Positions 11,201 to 24,540 of a stretch of 64,000 bases of DNA are shown in pieces. Both the position numbers and the translations under genes were made by a program. The DNA comes from Antedon mediterranea (taxonomy: Eukaryota > Animalia > Echinodermata). Numbering within the stretch: the stretch's first letter is position 1; every line of letters starts with the position of its first letter. The stretch lies in NCBI RefSeq assembly GCF_964355755.1, contig NC_092680.1, positions 11,284,001 to 11,348,000 on the forward strand. The letters run 5' to 3'. The notes beneath the pieces were generated by a model. That model ran no database searches and had not been told where the DNA came from. It was given only the letters and a program-made list of their open reading frames with translations.

Positions 11201-13499
11201 ACGTTCAAATTACTAATATAATGTTCAGATACTTTAGTCTAATACCACCTCAGCCCGACCATGGGGTTGGTTAGAGCATTTTTTAGGAATATGGACATAG
11301 CTTAGATTGCTAGCAATTCCACTATTAACTCTTGATAATATCACAGATAAGTTTAAAGTTTTAAAAAAACGCTGATTATAGTTTCAAGCAATAAATAGAT
11401 AGGACTGGACATGCCCTCTAGAGTAAAACTAGGTAAAACTATAGGAATCCATCCCAAAAACGTATTGGATTTGTTTCCGTTTAAAAAACTTTTCATTTAC
11501 AATAATTTTTAGTTCATACATTAAATGCCAAGGAAAACTAAATTTAGCAATATTATTTGTTTAGGGGTGCAAATAAAAGTGAAAACTATAGACAAGATGT
11601 AAAGTAGTCTAATGTACCGTTTCTTCGATAATCTTAATTTTACCTATACCTATACTTTTATTCAGACATTCCGGATTTTTAATCCTCTCAAAAATAATGT
11701 TAGCTAAAAGTAAGAGTGCATTGCCTGGTCTATATTCCTGAAAAAAGTTTTGTCGTCTCTCGATTTTATGATGCTGTGTCCGATTCTATAAATACGTTTT
11801 ATATTAACACTGGCAGCATTTATCTATATTAACGAACACATGCCTTTTTACTTTCCGTACTTTTGAACCTTCTGAACATAGTCTGGTTATACTGAGATTG
11901 TTTATCTAATTGAATTCGTATCATATATTACGTAATATTAGGATATATTGCTAAAAATCAAGAAGTAAATAATTGTTCGGGTTGAGTGCTATAGGATAGA
12001 ATTACAGTTATGAAAAATGTAACGAACAATACACTTTAGAAGTTGTTTGAATCCCATCTAGTCTACACACTTTAAACTATTTTAATTTGATCGTAAATAC
12101 CTATATTCGTGTCATTGATATTACACGATTGCGACATGAATTTTCATCAAAGTATCATACATTAAAAGTGATGCTGGTGATTGTAAATGAAAGCTCTTTT
12201 AAATGGCAACCATATACCATACGTTTCTTATAGACCTAATCCGTTAGAAAATTAAAATACTTTTAAAACTTTTAATTTGCATCTCCTATTTAGGCATCAA
12301 AACTTATTGTGTGTTGTCCCTTAGATGGAAACCAGGCAATCTAGCACCAAAATAATTTCGTAATTATATACTGTAGGCCTAGTGTATATATTAATAAAAA
12401 TCACTCGAATAATTACAATACAAGTTATTGCCTATTCCCTATCGAAGTTCAAAGTTCTTCTGTATGACTAAGATACAGTCACTAAAGGCAATATTGTATG
12501 TATGTTAACTATTAAATACAAGCCCGTACTTCATCATTCAACATAATTAATAATTTCGCCATGCAAACTTCGAAGTGTTTTTTTGTATACTTTACTAAGT
12601 ACTTTCCATGTATTTTAAATAGTCAATTAAGCTAAGAATATAGAGCACCGTGTTTTTTATAGGTTCAGCTTTTAAATGTGTCTCGTTGTGTGCTTTGCAT
12701 CTGTTTAAAAAAAAATCGTCACATTTGTCTTAGCTTTCGGAGTCAAAAATCTCGAATGACTTTTATGTCGGTCGAACAAATTTATTATGATGAACTCGTA
12801 TGTTGATTCTCTCTCTCGGACAACATCTTTATAAAACTGGCTAATCGTATCTCAGCGGTATCAGGTCGGCTGTCTTCGTTTTGCTTCTAGATATCGCATT
12901 AAGCTATTAGTAGGCCTACCTGATATAACCGAGCTATCAAAAAGCGAACTTCAATCACAGAGGTGACTTATTTGTCCCAAATTTAGTTGAGAATGTTTTA
13001 AGGCCTAAACGAATTATTATTACAAAATTTAGTGGGCCTATATTATAAAGTGATTAGTTTAATGAAATTAATAACAAAGACTCGAATTAAAAAGTACAGT
13101 ATAATTAATCATGCACGTTTAAAACAAATTATTATATTAGCCTATATTTTAATGCCAACACTTTTCCAATACGTGCTTAAATTGGCTTTGCTTGTTGCTT
13201 CATAGAAAATCATAACCAATTAATTGTCTAACCAAAAATGTCATTTATCTCATACACTGTAATATTTGTAGTGAGTGGTAGAAACCAAAACACTCTCCGT
13301 ATGAGAATGACACAGAGATCAGCTATAAAAAACATTAAAGTTTTTCTGTAACCGAAATGTTATTTCAACCTACTTGCAGAAATCGCACAGGACTTTTAAT
13401 GTAGTCCTGTTGCTTTCAAAAGTCATGTCGCAATCGTTTAATATCTTATATCAATGACACGAACATATTAGGTTGTCAAATGGAGCGACAAAACTCGCA

Positions 13500-16400
13500 A
13501 AGACAAAAAAACACTTGGAATTACTACTTAAAGCCACAAAACTGTTTGATCTTAACATTAACATACTCCCAGATCAGTAAAATTATTCCATCGACTACCT
13601 AAGTTTAAGGTTCAATATTAACCACCATTTGAGTTGCTTTTTTTTAGATACAATCCTAATTGTTTATATCTACCAAGCTATCTTCATTGTTTTTAGCTTG
13701 TGCCTTGATCCTTTGTTTTTATTTCTTTATTCCAGTCCACTCAGGCAGTGCTTGTTTGCTTCATATTCTCAATTTTGTTCTTTCACTTATAAAGGGCTAG
13801 TGGATTTATATTTAAATGTTTTTTAATTTTCTGTTTTTTAACTCACATAATGTCTAAAAGATCGCAATAATAATGAAGCTTTTGAAATGGATGTAAAATA
13901 TTCATATTCTCAATTTTGTAAAAGCACTTCCACTGATATAGTATATTATCCTATTAATTAAATATGACAAGTTGTACAGGTAGTTTCAGTTTTTATTTTC
14001 TATTGTTTTTGTATATATTTTTTTTAAAGTAATTGTGTTGCTTAAATCATGGAGGTATAAACATATTTTGATATGCTTAAATGTTGTATGTGTGCCACTG
14101 TTAAATATGTGTTGCTCCAAATAAATATTATTATATTATTATTACAAGGTACAGTATTCATTTCTGAAAATTATATACATAAAAGATGATTTGATCATAC
14201 AGGAAATTGTTTGAAGATAGAATTTAAAGTTTAGATTTAACTTGTTTTAAAGATTTAATGTGGCTATACTTTGATATATTATAAACGAATTTAACAAAAC
14301 TCTTTGAAATTTATAATTCTATTGAGCCTATATGCGTGGTACGGTCACTGTTACTCTTTATTCATTGATTTAAAATTCAGGTTAGACTTTTAATTAGAAA
14401 GAAATAAACACACCAGGGTTAAAAGGGTTAAATGATCCATAATTAAGCGATATATCTACACTGTGAGACACAAAATGCTTTCATAAAATTACACATTTAT
14501 ACCTTTGCTTAATAATAATATTTTATAATAATTCATTTTAACGGCACTACGCCTACATGATGATCATGGGTAGCTAATGGCATGGGGCTCCGACCCTGTA
14601 TGCCACTTTTGGAAGTGTTTATATTGATGTTGCAAACAATTTCATTATCAAAATTTATATGTAGAAGACAAAACTGATTAATTAGTGTGCATGATGCATA
14701 TAAGAAGTAATTACTGAAAACTATCATTGTAGTACATTTTTTATAGTATTAGTAGTACTTTATAGTATAAAGGGTGTATAAAGTTGTGCCTTTTTCAAGC
14801 ATGATTTGAGTGATAGTTGTTTTTGGGGTTGGCAATTATTGCGACAAAATTGTAATGTCCTTGACGTTATTAATGCCTAATTTCCGTGACAGAGATAAAC
14901 CCTTATATCAATAACATATCATTGGGATTTTTTTTTATCTAATGTGATATAAAGGGATAATCGCAGAAACAGCACAGAACTCCGAATTCCTAAAAATGCT
15001 CTAAACATTAGTCCCAATCATAGTCGAGCTGACGTGGGTTTGGACTTCCAAATATACACAACCTTAAATTACCACTAAATTTCAAAAACGTTGCGCCGGT
15101 TCTGAATATTATATCTAATCTGAATGATATAGGCCTAAATGAATAATACTGATACTTGCAGAAACCGCAAAGAACGTTCAATGTATTGCATTCAAAAGAC
15201 ATGTCACATTCGTGTAATATCTTATATCAATGACACGAACATATTAGGTTGTCAAAAGACAAAAAAAACTTGGAATTACTACTTAAAGCCACAAAACTGT
15301 TTGATCTTAACATTAACATACTCCCAGATCATTAAAATTATTCCATCGACTACCTAAGTTTAAGGTTCAATATTAACCACCATTTGAGTTGCTTTTTTTT
15401 AGATGCAATCCTAATTGTTTATATCTACCAAGCTATCTTCATTGTTTTCAGCTTGTGCCTTGATCCTTTGTTTTTATTTCTTTATTCCAGTCCACTCAGG
15501 CAGTGCTTGTTTGCTTCATATTCTCAATTTTGTTCTTTCACTTATAAAGGGCTAGTGGATTTATATTTAAATGTTTTTTTAATTTTCTGTTTTTTAACTC
15601 ACATAATGTCTAAAAGATCGCAATAATAATGAAGCTTTTGAAATGGATGTAAAATATTCATATTCTCAATTTTGTAAAAGCACTTCCACTGATATAGTAT
15701 ATTATCCTATTAATTAAATATGACAAGTTGTACAGGTAGTTTCAGTTTTTATTTTCTATTGTTTCTGTATATTTTTTTTTAAAGTAATTGTGTTGCTTAA
15801 ATCATGGAGGTATAAACATATTTTGATATGCTTAAATGTTGTATGTGTGCCACTGTTAAATATGTGTTGCTCCAAATAAATATTATTATATTATTATTAC
15901 AAGGTACAGTATTCATTTCTGAAAATTATATACATAAAAGATGATTTGATCATACAGGAAATTGTTTGAAGATAGAATTTAACGTTTAGATTTAACTTGT
16001 TTTAAAGATTTAATGTGGCTATACTTTGATATATTATAAACGAATTTAACAAAACTCTTTGAAATTTATAATTCTATTGAGCCTATATGCGTGGTACGGT
16101 CACTGTTACTCTTTATTCATTGATTTAAAATTTAGGTTAGACTTTTAATTAGAAAGAAATAAACACACCAGGGTTAAAAGGGTTAAATGATCCATAATTA
16201 AGCGATATATCTACACTGTGAGACACAAAATGCTTTCATAAAATTACACATTTATACCTTTGCTTAATAATAATATTTTATAATAATTCATTTTAACGGC
16301 ACTACGCCTACATGATGATCATGGGTAGCTAATGGCATGAGGCTCCGACCCTGTATGCCACTTTTGGAAGTGTTTATATTGATGTTGCAAACAATTTCAT

Positions 16401-19208
16401 TATCAAAATTTATATGTAGAAGACAAAACTGATTAATTAGTGTGCATGATGCATATAAGAAGTAATTACTGAAAACTATCATTGTAGTACATTTTTTATA
16501 GTATTAGTAGTACTTTATAGTATAAAGGGTGTATAAAGTTGTGCCTTTTTCAAGCATGATTTGAGTGATAGTTGTTTTTGGGGTTGGCAATTATTGCGAC
16601 AAAATTGTAATGTCCTTGACGTTATTAATGCTTAATTTCCGTGACAGAGATAAACCCTTATATCAATAACATATCATTGGGGTTTTTTTTTATCTAATGT
16701 GATATAAAGGGATAATCGCAGAAACAGCACAGAACTCCGAATTCCTAAAAATGCTCTAAACATTAGTCCCAATCATAGTCGAGCTGACGTGGGTTTGGAC
16801 TTCCAAATATACACAACCTTAAATTACCACTAAATTTCAAAAACGTTGCGCCGGTTCTGAATATTATATCTAATCTGAATGATATAGGCCTAAATGAATA
16901 ATACTGATACTTGCAGAAACCGCAAAGAACGTTCAATGTATTGCATTCAAAAGACATGTCACATTCGTGTAATATCTTATATCAATGACACGAACATATT
17001 AGGTTGTCAAAAGACAAAAAAAACTTGGAATTACTACTTAAAGCCACAAAACTGTTTGATCTTAACATTAACATACTCCCAGATCAGTAAAATTATTCCA
17101 TCGACTACCTAAGTTTAAGGTTCAATATTAACCACCATTTGAGTTGCTTTTTTTTAGATGCAATCCTAATTGTTTATATCTACCAAGCTATCTTCATTGT
17201 TTTCAGCTTGTGCCTTGATCCTTTGTTTTTATTTCTTTATTCCAGTCCACTCAGGCAGTGCTTGTTTGCTTCATATTCTCAATTTTGTTCTTTCACTTAT
17301 AAAGGGCTAGTGGATTTATATTTAAATGTTTTTTTAATTTTCTGTTTTTTAACTCACATAATGTCTAAAAGATCGCAATAATAATGAAGCTTTTGAAATG
17401 GATGTAAAATATTCATATTCTCAATTTTGTAAAAGCACTTCCACTGATATAGTATATTATCCTATTAATTAAATATGACAAGTTGTACAGGTAGTTTCAG
17501 TTTTTATTTTCTATTGTTTTTGTATATTTTTTTTAAAAAGTAATTGTGTTGCTTAAATCATGGAGGTATAAACATATTTTGATATGCTTAAATGTTGTAT
17601 GTGTGCCACTGTTAAATATGTGTTGCTCCAAATAAATATTATTATATTATTATTACAAGGTACAGTATTCATTTCTGAAAATTATATACATAAAAGATGA
17701 TTTGATCATACAGGAAATTGTTTGAAGATAGAATTTAAAGTTTAGATTTAACTTGTTTTAAAGATTTAATGTGGCTATACTTTGATATATTATAAACGAA
17801 TTTAACAAAACTCTTTGAAATTTATAATTCTATTGAGCCTATATGCGTGGTACGGTCACTGTTACTCTTTATTCATTGATTTAAAATTCAGGTTAGACTT
17901 TTAATTAGAAAGAAATAAACACACCAGGGTTAAAAGGGTTAAATGATCCATAATTAAGCGATATATCTACACTGTGAGACACAAAATGCTTTCATAAAAT
18001 TACACATTTATACCTTTGCTTAATAATAATATTTTATAATAATTCATTTTAACGGCACTACGCCTACATGATGATCATGGGTAGCTAATGGCATGGGGCT
18101 CCGACCCTGTATGCCACTTTTGGAAGTGTTTATATTGATGTTGCAAACAATTTCATTATCAAAATTTATATGTAGAAGACAAAACTGATTAATTAGTGTG
18201 CATGATGCATATAAGAAGTAATTACTGAAAACTATCATTGTAGTACATTTTTTATAGTATTAGTAGTACTTTATAGTATAAAGGGTGTATAAAGTTGTGC
18301 CTTTTTCAAGCATGATTTGAGTGATAGTTGTTTTTGGGGTTGGCAATTATTGCGACAAAATTGTAATGTCCTTGACGTTATTAATGCCTAATTTCCGTGA
18401 CAGAGATAAACCCTTATATCAATAACATATCATTGGGGTTTTTTTTTTATCTAATGTGATATAAAGGGATAATCGCAGAAACAGCACAGAACTCCGAATT
18501 CCTAAAAATGCTCTAAACATTAGTCCCAATCATAGTCGAGCTGACGTGGGTTTGGACTTCCAAATATACACAACCTTAAATTACCACTAAATTTCAAAAA
18601 CGTTGCGCCGGTTCTGAATATTATATCTAATCTGAATGATATAGGCCTAAATGAATAATACTGATACTTGCAGAAACCGCAAAGAACGTTCAATGTATTG
18701 CATTCAAAAGACATGTCACATTCGTGTAATATCTTATATCAATGACACGAACATATTAGGTTGTCAAAAGACAAAAAAAACTTGGAATTACTACTTAAAG
18801 CCACAAAACTGTTTGATCTTAACATTAACATACTCCCAGATCAGTAAAATTATTCCATCGACTACCTAAGTTTAAGGTTCAATATTAACCACCATTTGAG
18901 TTGCTTTTTTTTAGATGCAATCCTAATTGTTTATATCTACCAAGCTATCTTCATTGTTTTCAGCTTGTGCCTTGATCCTTTGTTTTTATTTCTTTATTCC
19001 AGTCCACTCAGGCAGTGCTTGTTTGCTTCATATTCTCAATTTTGTTCTTTCACTTATAAAGGGCTAGTGGATTTATATTTAAATGTTTTTTTAATTTTCT
19101 GTTTTTTAACTCACATAATGTCTAAAAGATCGCAATAATAATGAAGCTTTTGAAATGGATGTAAAATATTCATATTCTCAATTTTGTAAAAGCACTTTCA
19201 CTGATATA
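13500..19208. repeat. Tandem array of ~1755-1757-bp units, ~3.2 copies, ~99% identical by eye
   Basis: Identical ORFs recur at 13629/15384/17139/18896 and 14533/16288/18044. Differences are limited to a few SNPs and homopolymer lengths. Confidence 0.97.
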
Positions 19209-20380
19209 GGGCTAGTGTTGCCCATATATTATCCTAATTAAATACGATTTAATGTGGCTTTACTTTTATATATTATAATAATATTTTATAATTATTCATT
19301 TTAACGGCACTTTGATAAAACAATGTTATATATCATACTATTGCACCTTTATTCATGGGGTGACCTACTATAACCTTACACTATTATGGAAGAAAAGAAA
19401 AAAAAAAACAAATAAGAATTGTGAAAGTTAACCCAATGTATCACGGGTGTGACTTGGGTACACAATTGAAAAATTCATTATATAATAATATCATGTGCAT
19501 GCAAAAACAAAATTGTATTATTAAATGTGCATATCATTTATTTGTCCAATATAATTTTATATATTAGTTTAATTTATTTTTCTAACGCCTAGTTTGACAG
19601 GCCAACTTTGAAATTGAAATAATCTTTTCGTTCGACACAATATTTCAGAGATACGTGAACATTTGATGATGGTCTATCCGATATGACTTTGTTTTTTTGT
19701 ACATAAAAAGTGGACAATTTTGGTTTAGATCAATGAATGCTTAAAATTGTTTTTATTTTGTGCTATATTTTTCAAGTTGATATCTGGAATACTATCAACG
19801 CTTTTATCTTATAATACACGATATATTCATATTTTTTTACAAGAAAATAAAGTATTGATCACTAGCTTGTTTTTATGTATTTAATAACTATTCTAAGTTC
19901 ATTTTAAATAGGCGTATGTTTATATTTTAATGATTCATGGTAAACAATTATAAACAGCTTCAATATTACACAGTAGGTTATTCAAAAGAGACGCACAATT
20001 TATACGGACGTGTTTTTAACGACAAAATTGACCAATCAAAATGGAAATAGTCAAAATACAATAATTTTATGTTCATTGGCTACCCCACCAACAACCTAAA
20101 CTTCAAATAATAAAACATCTCTGTAATACTGTATTTAAAAAAAAGCATATTTGCAACCGAAATTTCTTATTTTATAAATATAATATAAATTTACAATTAT
20201 ACAAAACAATATACAACTGCTTATAAAAAAGGAATTTAATTAAAGAATTTTAATTTAGTTAAAATATCAGGATTTCTTACTTCAATTTGATGTTTCCTTT
20301 AGAGGCACTAAACTTTTGAATATATGATTTATTTATTTTTTGTTATTATGTTATGTGCAAATAAAGTATTTACATAGTTG

Positions 20381-20401
20381 ATATATATATATATATATAT
20401 T
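20381..20401. repeat. (AT)n microsatellite
   Basis: About 10 AT units. Confidence 0.9.
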
Positions 20402-20768
20402 ATGCAGTGTAGCATAGGTGAAATTACGGGAGCCCAATATGAATTAGTTTGAAATGGTAAAAATTATTTTACTACAGTATAAGTAGATTAAAATATATAA
20501 GTTAATCTATGAAAATGATTATATATTACTGGCAGATTTTATCGATCTCTATCGTGCAAATAATACTCGTTATCGATATGAAATACGATTTGCACTTGAG
20601 TTTTTCTTCCTGCTGATCTGTAGCTTTAGTATAAACAATGTGAACAATGCCCAAACAGGGAGTTGACTAATAACTCCCTGGCCCAAATAAAAGATCGTAA
20701 CAGTGTGAAAGTGCGTCACTCGTCGCCCAACATTGTTTGTGATCACTTCGTTATCGCATTTGATAAAA

Positions 20769-23700
20769 ATGGACTGGAGGTTTTGTGTAGAGGAAGACAA
20801 CATTGCTTATCTAATAATTAATAACACTAGGGCAATAAAGCATTCTGATGGTGAACAGTTAGGCAAGGTTATAAAATTTACCAAAACAACTAAAGGCAAA
20901 AACTGGCTTAAGGTAAGATTGTTGTGTTCTTCTAAATAATATAATTTTATTTTAATGTTTTTAGGGAACCATTCTTCACCAGTCTTATTACTTTATAAAG
21001 ATGTTTTATTTTCCATTTTGCAGTTTTAAAAAGTGTTTCAAGCCACGCAATTATTAGTTTTATTAGTATTTTCCCAGGGGCACAATCTTCAGCTGTTTAA
21101 TAGGCCTATTATATTTGGATTTTATAGGCTTTCTGATTATAATATATATTATGATTTATTCGATTATTTATTTCATCTAATTAATTGGAATGTTGTTTCA
21201 GGCCTAAAACTAAATTGTAATATATCTTTACTATAGGACCATTGATACTAATTTTGTTGACCATTTTTTTAACATTAAAGTTTTATATATGATTTAAAAA
21301 ATGCATTTTCATCAAGAGCACCAACACTGAATATTAGGGTGTAGTGTGTACACTTAACAACTATATAAATTTCTATGTTTAGTAGTACGCTTGCTGCAAC
21401 CAAAGTATTGTGGAGCAAATTCAAACCGGACGAAAATTGCCCATTTTGCAAATGCAAGACAATTGACGACCTTACCAAAACATTGCAAACATTACGAAAG
21501 CGAAAAGCTCAAGATGCTGAAAACGTAACTACAAAGAGAACAAGAATTAACATAAAGACAATTGACGAAACAATCAAAGAAAAGATCATTGGTTAGTATA
21601 TGAAACATTTGTTATTGAAGTTACATACTGTACCATGCCCCATGGACAAGCATAATTATTATCTGCTTTTGTTTTACTGTAGTTTACAATTAAACAAACG
21701 TTACTGTTTTATATTTTTTCAAATGTTTTGTTGAATATGTCACATAATAGCTATTCACTTTGATCTTGGATAACAAAAACTGTAATTTTAAACATAACTC
21801 ACAATAACTATAGGCCTAACCATGATTAGATTTAATGTATCTACAATTCGTTACGTTAAATTAGTATAATCTGGCTAGATAAGTAATTATACGTACTAGG
21901 CCTATTAAAATATAAAGCGGATGAACACATTTTTCGAAGATGAACGAACTAAAGATATTTTGAACACAGGTTTTAACTTCTTATAGTTACTCTATTTTCT
22001 ATTTGTTTTATTGTTATTTAAGTTTCAAACAGTTATTATAAAACGCATAAATAGATTCCGGTCATTCGATTGGACAATTTTCTTTCACATGACTACTACT
22101 AGCCTTGCAAACCCAGACCTAGCCCGGATGCTAACATACACTAGGCCTAACCTTCCTAGATATTGTGCAAAATACCTATATAAATTCAAAATTAACTAAA
22201 ATATAAAAAATAACATGTGCAGGGTGATCTCCATGCACTCAAGCAGGCAGGGGGTGATGATGTCCTGACACTACCTAGGCCTAGACTAAACGGCCTATAC
22301 TGTATGGCAACGTTAAATTTTTAGGATATATATTGTTAATAAAATAAAACTAATATTAAAATATAATTTCAATCATTTTTTGTAATTCATATAATTTAAT
22401 AATGTATCCTTTTTCTGAAAATGTCCAACTTTGTATGTAAAACAATTTTTAAAAATGTTTTTTACTGATGTCGCAACTTGCAATTACTGTGGAATTCCCC
22501 ATTTTAGTGAAAAATAAAATTGGTTTATTAAATATGAAAATCCTATCATAATAATAATACAATGACATATTTATATTAAGTTGTTTCATTATTCAATAAT
22601 ATTCAAACTGTTTTTAGAGATTATATATATTATTTTATAATTCTACCCATTCTAACTGACCCCCCGAAGCCTGACACATGCAATTTTTGCATAACACAGT
22701 AACATTGAGACTGCACTGGTTTTGTTACTGGTTTTGTTACTGTTGTTATTCTTATTATATTATTTTTTCTATGCTTTTTTTTTGTAGAAATGTGAAAAAG
22801 AAATGCTGATTTCTGATGTCATCGTAGTTGTTTGCAATGACGAGGACCTGCTATACAATATGACTATTTTAAAAGACAACGATAGAGTCATGCAAGTACA
22901 GTATTGGTACTGCGAAGAACAAGGTATACCCAGTTTGTTATTGTATTTACAAATATAGTTCAGTCATTTTTATTCAATTATAAATATAGGTCAATCATTG
23001 ATTGGCAGTCTACTAAAAAATTCACCAATTTGCAATACTAACTGCTTTTTGGTATGAGGTGGATGGTGGGGTAATGGGGTTATTTCTTCTTGTGTCTAAT
23101 AAAAGAAAAAAAAAAGAAATGTACCATTGATATTATTATTATTATATTCAAATATACAGGAAAGTTAATGTAAGTATGTAGGCCTACAGTTTAATGATGA
23201 TTCATATTTTTTTTAGACACCATTCGCACGTTATTAGTAAGCCCTCAACACGAACGCATGATGAATGGAATTGGTGGCGTCATTAAGGCTAAGTCACTAG
23301 AACTGCTAATTAAGCAACTAGTGACAAGGCATAGCAGAGAAGGTCACTTAGTTGTAAATTGCCTAGGATGGAATGGTAAATAATACATTTATACCATAAC
23401 TCATAATAATCATTCATTGATGTTAACCAAAAACATATCGCGTGACAATTGGGCATGTCGCTAAAATCCAATCAAATGGGAAAAATTCTTGTTCTTTGAG
23501 TCATTACTATTGTCGTTTGTACAAACGACATTAATGAACTAACAAACTAATTTAATATTCAATTGAAATCTATTTTATTGTTATTATAATTACAGTGTTC
23601 AAGGAAATAATTTTGCAACGGCGCAATTGTATAACCTTGCTCGAGAATGATGGAGAATCTGAATTAAGATCCAGATTAGTTCGTTTCAAAGAAGAAATTG

Positions 23701-24261
23701 AAAACAGCATTCAGCTTGAAAATGGAGCCCAATCAGATGGTAAGTTTAAGTTAAATTAACTTTATTGTTTATCTATTGTCATGGATGCTAATACGAAGAA
23801 CAATATACAAGCGATATTGTATACATTCAAGTCGCAATACAATGCTGATGATTTGATGTTTGTAGTGCAATATACTGCTACTTTTTGTTCAGGAATTTTA
23901 AAACGGCATATTAAGCTGTATTCTCATAACTTGGACGGCATACTATGCTATCTGTATTGTAAACTTGTATAAACACAGCCCATGCATTTAATTTTTAATC
24001 AATATTCAAAATACCCATAATCAATTTCTGACCCAATTTGAAACATATAGTAATACAAATTTAAAAAAAAACAAGATTCTCTATTTTAAAATTTTGTTTA
24101 CACAGAGCTTCTAAAAAAATGATACAACTATTTAGAGGTCTATTAAATAATAGGGCCTTGGTTTATTCATCATTTCAGATGAGGACGACAGTACAGATGA
24201 GGAGGTTGAAAATAATGCGGAGATGGCAAATGAGGAGGACGACTACACATTTCCGGGGTGA
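20769..24261 (+). pseudogene. Spliced gene, probably decayed, encoding a beta-class DNA amino-methyltransferase (N6_N4_Mtase)-like protein with an acidic tail
   Basis: Predicted exons: 20769-20912, ~20965-20981(?), 21383-21591, ~22641-22698, 22788-22923, 23217-23375, 23596-23739, 24179-24261. The last four join by canonical, phase-compatible GT-AG introns. Motifs occur in beta order: ILTDPPK; LISDVIVVVCND...QYW...LLVS; KSLELLIKQLVTRHSREGHLVVNCLGWN; RRNCITLLE. Apparent lesions are a lost acceptor at ~22640, a 1-nt deletion at ~22677 and a weak exon-2 donor. Confidence 0.65.
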
Positions 24262-24407
24262 AAATAGCATTCATGATACTGGACACATGCCTTGCAGTCA
24301 CATTTTATATAACTTTTCAAATTAATTTATTAAATTTATTCTGTGCCTTGTGATGTTTATATATATACTGTATATACAATTGAGAGACTAGTACTGTTCC
24401 GCCGTAC

Positions 24408-24540
24408 TACGACAGTGGTCTAATGGTCATCTGCATATCAAGCAGAATGTTCCGGGTTCGGATCTTGGATTGGGCATTCTCACTGATTTCCTCATCTTTA
24501 TCGTTTAAAATTAAATAATTAAATTTCACTGGGCGGTTTA
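24408..24540 (+). mobile_element. tRNA-derived SINE head (degenerate)
   Basis: An A-box-like TGGTCTAATGG (24416-24426) and a B-box-like GGTTCGGATC (~24455-24464) lie at tRNA-like spacing. No full cloverleaf forms. Confidence 0.6.

Noticed and set aside
10790-12700. Possible additional coding remnants
   Set aside because: No recognisable motifs or consistent splice pattern. Only short matches to local repeats were seen (11520-11550 versus 8830-8860; 12100-12140 versus 13425-13470 inverted).
13629-19138. Repeated short ORFs in the 1756-bp units as a tandem gene family
   Set aside because: Their identity simply reflects recent DNA duplication. Many use non-ATG starts, one copy has an early stop, and they overlap decayed repeat sequence.
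22011-22199. Candidate missing exon of the methyltransferase-like gene
   Set aside because: It has a phase-compatible acceptor at ~22032 but no suitable donor, and it runs into CTAGG-rich low-complexity sequence. The DPP-containing segment at 22641-22698 fits better.
24119-24325. 68-aa ORF with MRR repeats
   Set aside because: It is an alternative frame of the acidic last exon (DEDDSTDEE...), which is the phase-compatible frame.
24408-24490. Functional tRNA gene
   Set aside because: A and B boxes are present but the acceptor and anticodon stems do not pair. It is better explained as a SINE head.
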